DNA of 63,263 bases, filler included, from Stramenopiles sp. TOSAG23-6 (Eukaryota), in the NCBI GenBank assembly GCA_900128565.1. It is 5 parts of 5 records of this genome, joined end to end, with 100 filler letters (N's around TTAATTAATTAA, not from the genome) between each part and the next. Parts side by side here need not be neighbours in the genome. Positions count along the whole stretch, not along the records: positions 38,128 to 50,662 come from LT636200.1; positions 50,763 to 63,263 come from LT636202.1; 3 more parts are not named here. One strand, given 5' to 3'. The notes beneath the pieces were generated by a model. The model was not told the DNA's origin and did no database searches. It saw only the letters and a program-made list of their open reading frames with translations. Below are positions 45,593 to 55,711 of the stretch, piece by piece. The stretch's first letter is position 1. Each line of letters starts with the position of its first letter. Made by a program: the position numbers and the translations under genes.

Positions 45593-45772
45593 ATCCAGAA
45601 TCAGAATGAGAGAGGAAGCAGAAGCGTTGTTGGGGGACACAGGTCAAAATGTAACTGCCTCCTCGAGTCATCGATCATCCTGACAAGTTTTGAAACGTCA
45701 TACTTACGCAAACTCATTTTGCTTCAAGCTGGTCTTGAAACTTGAATATTGAGCTTGTTTGACATATTAGTA

Positions 45773-48700
45773 ATGTCGACATCGCCAAGAATTCCTCCGA
45801 GATATCGGAGGGGTTCAGGCTCACAAGAAGAAGTTGAACATAATTTAGAGACCAATATTGATCTTAGTAATAGTTCAAAGAAAATAGAATCTCAAAGTTT
45901 ACAAGACTATAGTTTTGCGAAATTAGCTCCTACTGAAAGTCCAAGAAAATTAGACCTAGATGATAGTTTAAGAAATAGAGAAACACATACGCCTGATTAC
46001 GATAAATGCTCAGATGCAGGCTCTATAAACACAAATGATACTGATGCAGAATTCAGACCACTTGTGTCTGCTGGGACTGCAGACACTGATAATGCCGAAA
46101 TTCCGCCTCGTCCAATAGACTCTGCTGGGACTGCAGATACAAATGATGCCGAAATTCCACCTCGTCCAATAGACTCTGCTGGTACTACTGCATCTATTAG
46201 TGATCCAATTAATTCAGTTGAAACCACTGACTCAAGTAGCATTTTTTCGAGATCAGCGGACAATCAATCTAGTGTACATACTACAGATGAAGACGATGAT
46301 GTATGTTGTTATCATTAATTTAAAATTTATATTTTTTGTACCATATTTTGTACCTAACAAATTTTTGATTAAACAAATATTTTTTTACAACTCATGAAAA
46401 ACAGAGGAAGTATTTAGAAAAGTGTATTCAAAAGCAACGAAAAATAAGAAACCAATTGGTTCAACAACAAAATCAAAGTCGGCATATACAACATGATAAA
46501 AAAAAGGGGAATAAGAAACCAAAACCAAATTATAAACAGGAAAATAAATTACCCACAATGACTTTACCTGTAAAGAAAGCAAATCTGGCACAAAGTGGGA
46601 GAGATAAGCAAATAAGAAAACAAAAACGAAAATCAAATTCGTCTTCAAAGCCTCCAAGACAAAATCGTAATGCAAAACGGAACTCTAACCGGCAAAAAAC
46701 GAAATCCTCAGTCGCTAAACGCAATAAAAAAAATGGTGTCAAAGAAAACTTACGGGTGATTGTTCGTGTACGGCCGATTAGAACAAGCGTTTCTGAGCAC
46801 GAAACATCAGTAGTTGTGTCGTGTAATGTCGAGAAGTGTAAAATAACTGTGACAGGATCTAGAGGAGACTATCAAACGCGTTTAAATGTACGTTTATTTT
46901 TTTTCAACTTGGAATTTTTTTTCGTACGAAATTTTGTACCTAATGAAAAAAAACATTTTGAAATATTTTTTTCACATTACATAGTAGCGGCGGTCCTCGA
47001 AGTGATCGAAGAAGGACAGCTATGGAATGTCAGTATGATGAAGTATTTGATACATCTTCTACACAAGATGAAGTATATTCATCTGTAAAAGATTCAGTAT
47101 CAGCTGTTCTACGAGGAATAAATTGCACCATTTTTGCATATGGACAGACAGGGACCGGGAAAACACATACAATGCTTGGTCAAGGAATTGAAGATATATG
47201 TACAAAGGGAGTTAATTTAAGTCCTCGAGAAAGCCAAAAATGGGGCATCATTCCGCGCGCATTAAAAGATATCTTCCAGCGATTTGATTCAATGCCCTCC
47301 GATATAAAAATAGAAGTCACATGTTCATATATGCAAATTTATAAGGATCAAATATTTGATCTCCTTCAAGACCCCGAGCGCACAGAATCACTTCGTATTC
47401 GTGCACGCAGAACAGATACACGCGGTGGTTGTGGATCGACAGGAGGTATTCCTCCTTCGTCTCGAGCTCGTCGTCGTACTCCTGATAACGATAGTGATGA
47501 GTTGTATGTTCAGGGACTTTCGGAATATAAAGTTAATAGTCATAATGATGTAATGAAGCTATTATATCAAGGTGGGCGAGCACGAGCTATACGATCAACA
47601 GAAAAGAACGAACAGTCAAGTAGATCACATACAATTTTGCAAATGAGTTTTGTGCTTGAGTCTGGTGCAAAGACAGATGTCACAGTTATTCGTCGAAGTA
47701 AATTAAATCTCGTAGATTTGGCTGGATCTGAAAAGTGGAGTAAGGGGAAACAAATGAAGAATGCTCGAGTTAGTGAAATGACTAAAATTAATAAGAGTTT
47801 ATCAGCCTTGGGTAATTGTATAGCTGCTCTCTCTGAGAATGGCCGAAAGCATATTCCATATAGAGATTCTAAGTTGACACGAATTTTACAGGATTCACTT
47901 GGTGGTAATACACGTACAATAGTTGTAGCTACAATTAGTCCAGATAGATCTTCAACTGAAGAAACATTATCAACACTTGCATTTGCAGACAGAGCTAAAC
48001 GAGTAATGACACGTGTAGCTATTAATGAAGTTGTAAGTGATGCTACGTTACTGAAACGCGCAAAGGTTGAAATTGGCCGCTTGAAAGGAGTAGCATTACA
48101 GACAACAGAAAAATTACGTATTGACAATAAACGTCTACTTGGTGATGTCAGTGTACTCAAAGGTCAATTATTTAAATATAGACAACGTGTGAGGGAACTT
48201 GAAAGGAACGAGAAGCTTAATAAAAAAAGAATAGATGAAAGAAATGTTTCAGGAAAAGAAATATTGAAAATGGGGTTAACGTCTAAAAGTCCCGCCAAAA
48301 CTAAAACTCCTAAGAAAAAATCACATAAAATATCGAAATCATTTATAGAAAATGGCTTGAATTTTCAACAGAATATCATTGATAAGAACAGTTTTGGTGC
48401 AACAACGTCGTCGATAGGAGGTTCTGGTCACTCAAGAGCAGGCGCAGGTATATTTACACCATGGACAGATGTCTCATCACCTCGTCGTAGATCAAGAGTA
48501 AATAGGCAAATAAAGTTGGGTCTTGAACCTTCAGCAACTATAGAACAAAAACAAGCTGACTATTTAAGAACAGATTCCATAGGGAAACTAAAAGGAGTTG
48601 GCTCGCCGTCTTTTAGTAACAATCTTTATCCGTTCACCCCACTTCCGGGTGCTGCAGGGTCTAGATTTTTTTCAAACAATACGCCAGTGAAAACTCCTAT

Positions 48701-49868
48701 TCCGTATAATGAATTGCTGTCTCCTGATGCATTGCAAGTTCGAAGTTGGAATCAGAATGCAAAGAAAGTATCAAATGGAGAAAGTAAACTTTCTGGATAT
48801 TCTGATACGTTCTCAATAAGCCAAACACCATTCGCAACGAATGTTTTACCTTCATCATTTTCACCAGCTCCAATTACTCAAAGTCTCCCACCTCTAAGTA
48901 ATGTGTCTGCGATAACGGCACCGATAGCATTACACAAACAAAGTAATACTTTAACACAATCTGGAGCTGCTGAGATAAATCCTGGGAATATACCAAATTC
49001 GGCATTTTCATTACAACACAAACGAGAAACTTTACTAGGTAAAGGTACAGATGCCACAACACAGCGGCATGTAAAGTTACTACAGGAACAAACTGGTGCA
49101 AGCTATGAAGATACTCTTGAAGCCTATCGTAAAAAGGATGGCGATATTGCTAATGCCATGATGGAATTATTTGATAAGAAACATGCTAAGATTTTTAGTA
49201 TGGGAAAAGGAAGTAAGACACTTCCGCGAGATACTCATGTTGATAATGTATTTGAAAGGTCCCCAAGTCTATTGGGTACTGCTACAACAACTCCATTGAC
49301 AAAATCATTTCCATCCATTAGTTTAAATACGTATTCTAAAAATACAGACTATAGTAATAGTAGTAACCTTGGTCTAAGCACATCCATTCTGAAAAACAAA
49401 TATAATTTTGGAATAGGATCAGGTTTCTCTGGTCTTAGCTCAAATATTGGACTAAATAGCGGATCGAATATTTATGGTGGTTTAGGCTATGGACTCAGAA
49501 GTAGTTTAAACAATGACTATAGAATAGGAAATAATTATAGTTTTGGTACAAGTATAAGTTCAAGTCTATTAAGTAATACGAGTCCAAATAGATATGATAC
49601 GGGAATTGGTACTAATTATAGTACAAGAAATTATGGCAGATTTGATAGTAGTAATTTCATGAGTGGACTAACGTCCAAAACAACTGGTATAGCTGCGAGT
49701 AATCTACGGAATGACCGTTATCAAAATTTAGATGTAGATTATGAAACAAAAATAAATTCAGAGATGACAGATATGCTGGCNGAAAAGAAGCATACTTCAA
49801 ACTTTTCAGAAGATTTTTTAGGANCGAGAACAAAAGACAAATCACAAAATAATAGCACTAGTAAGTAG
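45773..49868 (+). CDS. Kinesin motor protein; exons 45773-46300, 46396-46887, 46983-49868
   Basis: VIVRVRP, IFAYGQTGTGKTHT, SSRSH, LVDLAGSE, HIPYRDSKLT; UBA-like segment in the tail. Confidence 0.93.
46301..46395 (+). mobile_element. Introner-family intron, GT-AT, 95 nt
   Basis: GAT|GTATGT...TTTTGTACCTAAC...TACAACTCAT|GAA. Confidence 0.82.
46888..46982 (+). mobile_element. Introner-family intron, GT-AT, 95 nt
   Basis: AAT|GTACGT...CACATTACAT|AGT. Both adjacent AGs are out of frame. Confidence 0.87.
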
Positions 49869-49979
49869 AATGATCTCTACCTAGAATACTCTGGAACAAT
49901 AAAATAATGTAATCATGTTTTTTTATATTTAGATTTTTCATCTCCTACTTTATAGTATATTGAATATTCAACATTATTT

Positions 49980-50608
49980 TCATGAATTAGAAGCCACTGG
50001 AGGTGCAAGTAGTGGCGAATGGCCTGTAGAATCTCTGTCGTTCAGGTTCAGGTTGGGGTTAGGGTTAGGGTTAGGGTTACTACGAATACTACAGGCAAAA
50101 GGGATACTACAAGCTGTGACGATTGAAATTCTAATCAAAGCGCTCATAAAACTTTCATTTTTCAAAAGTGCTGTAGANACTAATGGTCCTATAATAAAAC
50201 CTAAACAAGTAGAAAAGTCTTGGACAGCAAATGTATTGTGAAAAAATATTCTTTTTTTTTGGGGAAAAAAAAATCGTTAGGTACAAAATTTTAATTGTAA
50301 AACAAAATTCAATTTATGATGAAAACGTATATACTGCGGCATAAGATCCTAATCCACTGCTATCCACTGTATCTGCTAAAACACTCATTATAGACACTTC
50401 AACAAATGCTACAGATATTCCCACTCCAAAAAGCGCTGGAATAATAACATACAAGTGTAACCAAATATAAAGGAAAGGAATTGAAACAATGGCCAGAATT
50501 ATCCCAAATGTAATTAGTTTCCAAATTTTTATTGAGGAGTCTGAGAGGAATCCACTAATTGGAGTTCCAATGAGATAACCTACAGTGCTTGAAAACCAAA
50601 CAAGACCT
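49980..50608 (-). CDS. MFS transporter (SLC18-like), 3' part; exons 50608-50331, 50230-49980
   Basis: GLVWFSSTVGYLIGTPISGFLSD...YAAVFAVQD...LGFIIGP. Confidence 0.78.
50231..50330 (-). mobile_element. Introner-family intron, AT-AT, 100 nt
   Basis: GTAT|ATACGT...TTTTGTACCTAAC...CACAATACAT|TT. Confidence 0.75.
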
Positions 50609-50662
50609 ATGTATTTTGTAAAAATATTTCAAAAAAAAAACTAAAATTTGTTAGGTACAAAA
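50609..50662 (-). mobile_element. Introner-family intron, partial
   Basis: TTTTGTACCTAAC...CAAAATACAT|AGGT. The contig breaks inside it. Confidence 0.8.
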
Positions 50663-50762
50663 NNNNNNNNNNNNNNNNNNNNNNNNNNNNNNNNNNNNNN
50701 NNNNNNTTAATTAATTAANNNNNNNNNNNNNNNNNNNNNNNNNNNNNNNNNNNNNNNNNNNN
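50663..50762. other. Artificial contig linker
   Basis: N44-TTAATTAATTAA-N44. Confidence 0.98.
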
Positions 50763-50763
50763 G

Positions 50764-52896
50764 GGGAAGAAAAAATCATCACGAAATTCGAAAGAGATAA
50801 AGTCTGTTTCTCAAGTAGAAGATGCTTCACCAAGGAAGAATCTTCACAAGCGGCCAACATCAGATATTGGCTATAATATTTCTGACTCTAGTAAAAATAT
50901 TGTAAAAACAAAGATTACACAAGACAAGTGGACAGAATGTGAAAATCCAGTGACTCGAGAGCAATACTGGTACAATACTTCAACACGTACGAAAACATGG
51001 ATGTTTCTTTTTTTCAATTTCAAATTTATTTTTTTTTTCGTACGAAATTCCGTACCTAACGATATTTTTTGTGATTTCGTATTTTTTCACAATACATATA
51101 CTAATCCATTTACGTCAAGAATAACACAAAAAATACAAGAAAAAGACTGCGACATACTACAAAGTCAACCCACACAACAAATTGAAGATATCACCAAAGA
51201 TAAATTACAAATCGACACCGAGCAGAAAATTGAGAAAGACCAGAAAGAAAATTATAGTTCTAAGGTTTTTAAGGTTGAGAAGCCATTACCAAAGTTAAAT
51301 CTATTTGAATGGGCACTACCAGACGACGATGATATGGCACCAGATGAAGCACAAGTAAATACAGAAAATCAAAAATCCATTTCAAATAATCAAATTACAG
51401 GAAATACAGAATCTCATTCTCAGATTCCACAAAATCTGTCGAAACACAAAGAGTTTCGACGTGCCACTGCACCTGCACAATATATTGAAAAACAAATAGC
51501 AAAGACGCCAGATGAAACACAAGTAAACATGGAAAATAAAAAAATACCGATTATAAGTAATCAAACTGTAGGAAATACAGAAAGGGATTTCCGAAAATCG
51601 CGTTCTCAGATTCCTCTAAAACTATCTATACGCGAAGAGCTTCAACGTGCCACCGAAATAGCAGATCTCAAAGAGCGATGTAGTTTTGCAGAGACCCAAC
51701 TAAAAAGAACAAAAGAAGAACTAGGAAGAACAAAAGAGGAATTAAGAATAATAAAAGAAGAGTTGATAAAACTAAAGACATCTACGTCGAACCGAATATC
51801 AGAACAAGAAGATCGACAAAGAGAATTACAACCAAGGGGATATGGACAGAAATTATCACGAGAACGTTTTGAAAAATCAACAGAGAAGACATTTGATGAA
51901 AATGAAAATTTAATGAGAAGATTAAAAAAATTTGAAGAATCAACGGAGAAGACATTTGATAATAATGAAAATTTAATGAGAAGATTAAAAAATCCTGTAA
52001 GAACTTTTGAAGAATCAATGGAAAACACTCACGATAAAAATTTAATGAGAAGATTAAAAGTTATAGAACGGAAATGTGACGGATTGTACATAAAATTGAA
52101 ATCTCCAAAAAATGTTTCACCTAAATCTAAAATGCCAAAACGGGCATTACATATTCCAGAAGAGTTCATTTCAGCAGAGTCTAGTACAATAAATCCTGTA
52201 CCGCCAAGAAAAGACAAACCGTCCCTAGAAACATCAATGCGATTAATGATGTATACTTCGCCTCAAAGAGAACCAAAAAGATGGCAAGCTAGGGAGTTAT
52301 GGAAAGACAATGGTACAACTCAGTCTGAAAGTTCAGATCCACCATCACCCAACAAATTACCAGAAGAAGATACTAAATATGAGTATCAACCAGAAAACGA
52401 TACCAAATATGAGTATAAAGCAGAAGAAGATATCAAATATAAGTACCAAGATTCGTTCAAAATACAAACTGCATTGAAAAGAAATAAGAATAACAATGAT
52501 GATTCTTCAAGTGGGGAGCCACCAATGCAAAATATTTATACCAATAATTTACCTTCAAATTTTGAATCATCAATACCAAATATTCATAACAATAACATGT
52601 CTTCAAGTGACGAGCTTATATCAACGCAGAGTTCATATAAAGTAGTTGTACGCGAGGATCAAATTCAAAAGCGGCTTAAAGAATTGGAAGAAAAGGTCAA
52701 TAGTGTGATGTCTGAAAGAGCATCAAGAAAATCAAATATAGAGGATGAAAAAAAGGAAGGGGGCGTCACTCAGTACTATTCTAAGGTCGAAAAGCCACCA
52801 CCAAATTTAAATTTATATGAATGGGAATTACCAGACGACGAAGATGAAATAGACCAGACGCAGACGTCACAACTTTCTTCAAATAATTTTTTATGA
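50764..52896 (+). CDS. WW-domain coiled-coil protein, 5' partial; one intron at ~50999-51097
   Basis: KWTECENPVTREQYWYNTSTRTKT(W/Y)TNP, a coiled coil, and a duplicated KVEKP.P.LNL.EW.LPDD motif. Confidence 0.72.
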   Translation, partial: GKKKSSRNSKEIKSVSQVEDASPRKNLHKRPTSDIGYNISDSSKNIVKTKITQDKWTECENPVTREQYWYNTSTRTKTWMFLFFNFKFIFFFVRNSVPNDIFCDFVFFHNTYTNPFTSRITQKIQEKDCDILQSQPTQQIEDITKDKLQIDTEQKIEKDQKENYSSKVFKVEKPLPKLNLFEWALPDDDDMAPDEAQVNTENQKSISNNQITGNTESHSQIPQNLSKHKEFRRATAPAQYIEKQIAKTPDETQVNMENKKIPIISNQTVGNTERDFRKSRSQIPLKLSIREELQRATEIADLKERCSFAETQLKRTKEELGRTKEELRIIKEELIKLKTSTSNRISEQEDRQRELQPRGYGQKLSRERFEKSTEKTFDENENLMRRLKKFEESTEKTFDNNENLMRRLKNPVRTFEESMENTHDKNLMRRLKVIERKCDGLYIKLKSPKNVSPKSKMPKRALHIPEEFISAESSTINPVPPRKDKPSLETSMRLMMYTSPQREPKRWQARELWKDNGTTQSESSDPPSPNKLPEEDTKYEYQPENDTKYEYKAEEDIKYKYQDSFKIQTALKRNKNNNDDSSSGEPPMQNIYTNNLPSNFESSIPNIHNNNMSSSDELISTQSSYKVVVREDQIQKRLKELEEKVNSVMSERASRKSNIEDEKKEGGVTQYYSKVEKPPPNLNLYEWELPDDEDEIDQTQTSQLSSNNFL
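50999..51097 (+). mobile_element. Introner-family intron, 99 nt (3n), atypical donor (GG, or AT if shifted +2)
   Basis: ACAT|GGATGT...TTCGTACGAAATTCCGTACCTAAC...CACAATACAT|AT. Confidence 0.75.
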
Positions 52897-53120
52897 TATA
52901 AAAGAAACATTATATTTGAATGTCACAGAATTCGCAGTTTTATTACTATATTTCAATTTCGTGTTGTTTTTTTCTCAATTGCTTTTACTGGAAATATTGA
53001 GAGGGAAATAACACAAATAGCTCGTCTAAAGAGTGTCATTCTTTTATGATCATATTTACAATTTCCTCCATGTCTTTTACTGAAGATTCTTCTTCGGCTA
53101 ATGATTCGGAATGCGAATAT

Positions 53121-55220
53121 TTATGGATTAAGATTATACTCTTTCTCTACAATTCCCCCATGCCATGGATTTATGCATAAATTAGATGGACAGTTAAAAT
53201 TTGAGGGACTTATTCTCTGGGAATAATATTTAACGCCATTTCTTTCCAAGTCAAACCAGTTGGAATTGGCTATAAGATCCCCAAAAATAGGTAAAATTCT
53301 ATGGTCTGTATACTGGGTACATTGTTTTACAAGTGGTGGATCATAGCTATAACTAAACTTTGGATCAACAGCTGTGTTAAAATGAGCAGAAAAATCAAGA
53401 CCACAATACATTTGGTTGCCAGGCACAACTGTACTAGCCTTGTAATAGTCCAAGTTTGGAAAGCAATTCAATATATCATTAAAAGAATAATCACCATAAA
53501 AACTACTTGACTGTTGATTCCGAACACCTGTTAATTCGTATGTAGTGCCTGTGTATACATACACTTTAGGTAGTGATGCTATGATCTTTTCAGCAATATT
53601 ATACGCTTGATTATAATTATCTTCATGACCTCCCCCGGGACCCATCAATACAAGGGGACGTAGAGTAGTTAGATTGAAAGCTTTCTTGGTTATTGTATCT
53701 GTATCTCCTAGCAAAAGTGAGCGTACACTAGCTGCATTCTGTTTGTTTTGTGTTTCATAATGTTCATATACAAAACCACTTTGAAAAGTACTATAATCCG
53801 CACGATTATATATCGGGATATATTGACTCGCTTTTGACCATGTAATAGCCCCAGTCCATTTATGGAATAAGTACCATCGATACGGCGAGAATGCTTTTGT
53901 TGTTATTGAACATGTTGAACCAAGTACTTCTTTCACTTTTTTATCTGCTTTTTGAAGCTGACGAGCAACTTGTCCTTCGACAAAGCATTGGAGTGAATAT
54001 ACATTCTCTTGCCACCCTGACACTTTGATTTGAATCCAAAAGACTCCTGATTTGTGTATGCCAAGATCATGCACTGTAAACACAAGTTTTTGGTGACTTG
54101 TAATGCTTTGTGCTAATTTCGGAATGTAATTATTAACTTGACTTCGAACAATGGATGGATTCAATCCCATTATCGTCTTTAACATGGATTCACATTCTCC
54201 AGATAATCCAAGTTCAGTCAACAAAATAATGTTGAAATCAGCATTTTCTACAGTGAGTTCTTCAACCTTTGGTTGCCCTTCATATCTGTTATTTTCATCA
54301 TTAGTTGGGTTAAACAGAAAACCACTTTTTGTCAAATCTACTCGATTTGGATTTTTTGGATCGATTAAGTTCTCGTAACATCCCTTCACAGACGTTGCGG
54401 GTAGTGGGACATATGAATCCGAATTGTTGAAATCATGAAGGTCTGGGTTACTGTTTGCGCAACCTACAAATATAAGTCTGAGTAGAATGACTGCTTTCCA
54501 CCGTTTGGCTTCGTCGAAGCTACGTGTGCCCTCTGCAGCTAGACCAGTTTCGGTTTCAACAAAATCAGTTATATCACTTAATCGTCGATGATCATTTGAT
54601 GTAGTAAATTTCGTACATGGATCCTTTGAGCGACTTCCACAATCTCCTGGAGCGTCACCTGAAAATGAAAAGCATCGTTCAACACACTCACCCGGAGTGC
54701 AACCAGGTTTACACAATGTATCTTTGTGAGGGTTATAACGTTCCGTAATCAAATCAGAAGAACCGTCACTGGTTCCTTCGATCGCGACAACCATTTGTAT
54801 ACCAGATACTCCTTCTGGATTTGTTGAATATCCTTTAAAAGTCTCTGTCAAATCTTCCTCCAGTTTTTTTGTCAAATTCGGCGTCAAGAGAAACTCACGA
54901 AGATTTCCGACACTAGTTTTTAAACCGAGAGTAAAACTAGGTTCAGCTTTGGGAGGGTCGGTAGGTTCCATGTTAATTTGCAGGGAATACATGTAGAGTC
55001 CAGTAATGGCAAGCAATAATAGAATAATAAAGGTGAAAACCCAGCAACAGCAACAACGGCAAGAACAGATACAAAATGATTTCTTGCAGCAGCCATTTTT
55101 TTCCTCTACAATTTCAAGTTTCTCATTATCCATTGACATTGTCACTGGTACAGCTACACCCACATGCTCTACATTCTCCAAGCTATCTATACGTTCGTCA
55201 TTGTCTTTTGCAACTTGCAT
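53121..55220 (-). CDS. Type II single-pass membrane protein of unknown function
   Basis: Cys-rich juxtamembrane region plus one TM helix near the N-terminus; 699 aa; RRL motif. Confidence 0.75.
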   Translation of the reverse strand: MQVAKDNDERIDSLENVEHVGVAVPVTMSMDNEKLEIVEEKNGCCKKSFCICSCRCCCCWVFTFIILLLLAITGLYMYSLQINMEPTDPPKAEPSFTLGLKTSVGNLREFLLTPNLTKKLEEDLTETFKGYSTNPEGVSGIQMVVAIEGTSDGSSDLITERYNPHKDTLCKPGCTPGECVERCFSFSGDAPGDCGSRSKDPCTKFTTSNDHRRLSDITDFVETETGLAAEGTRSFDEAKRWKAVILLRLIFVGCANSNPDLHDFNNSDSYVPLPATSVKGCYENLIDPKNPNRVDLTKSGFLFNPTNDENNRYEGQPKVEELTVENADFNIILLTELGLSGECESMLKTIMGLNPSIVRSQVNNYIPKLAQSITSHQKLVFTVHDLGIHKSGVFWIQIKVSGWQENVYSLQCFVEGQVARQLQKADKKVKEVLGSTCSITTKAFSPYRWYLFHKWTGAITWSKASQYIPIYNRADYSTFQSGFVYEHYETQNKQNAASVRSLLLGDTDTITKKAFNLTTLRPLVLMGPGGGHEDNYNQAYNIAEKIIASLPKVYVYTGTTYELTGVRNQQSSSFYGDYSFNDILNCFPNLDYYKASTVVPGNQMYCGLDFSAHFNTAVDPKFSYSYDPPLVKQCTQYTDHRILPIFGDLIANSNWFDLERNGVKYYSQRISPSNFNCPSNLCINPWHGGIVEKEYNLNP

Positions 55221-55711
55221 TGTTAATAGCTATTTTCCGAGAGTGAAGTGAACTGTGAACAGGAGCTCTTGTGAAGAAGAAGAGCGAGTTCAAAAATCAA
55301 GAAGTCTTCTGACTGACAAACCTGCCGCAATTGGCAATCAATTCAATTCACCATTACAATTTTTAGCTTGTGAAAGATTTAAAAGAAAAATGATTGCTAA
55401 TGCTTTTATTCGTATATTTGACATGCCAGAGAAATTCGATTGGGCTGGTAAAGATGGAACTATAACCTTTATATTGAAGCACTTGTGTTTACCAAAAAAG
55501 ATCTATGAGACAGTAAGAAAGGTGATGGAGTAGTAGTGTTTATCTTGTATGGAGAACAATATACATTTTTCTTCAAATATTTTTTATGATGAAACAAACA
55601 TTGTATAATATATTTGAATATTACAGAATTTGCAATTTTATTTCAATTTTTTTAATCAAACATCTCAGAATACACAATAAGTATTACTAGTATCAATATC
55701 AAACTTGTAAT

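Noticed and set aside
50056-50078. (TTAGGG)n telomere-like tracts (also ~29349-29392 and ~23433-23447)
   Set aside because: Two lie in CDS and encode NPNP. The third is only about 2.5 units. None is a chromosome end.
55255-55533. 92-aa ORF
   Set aside because: GTG start, short, no recognisable motif.
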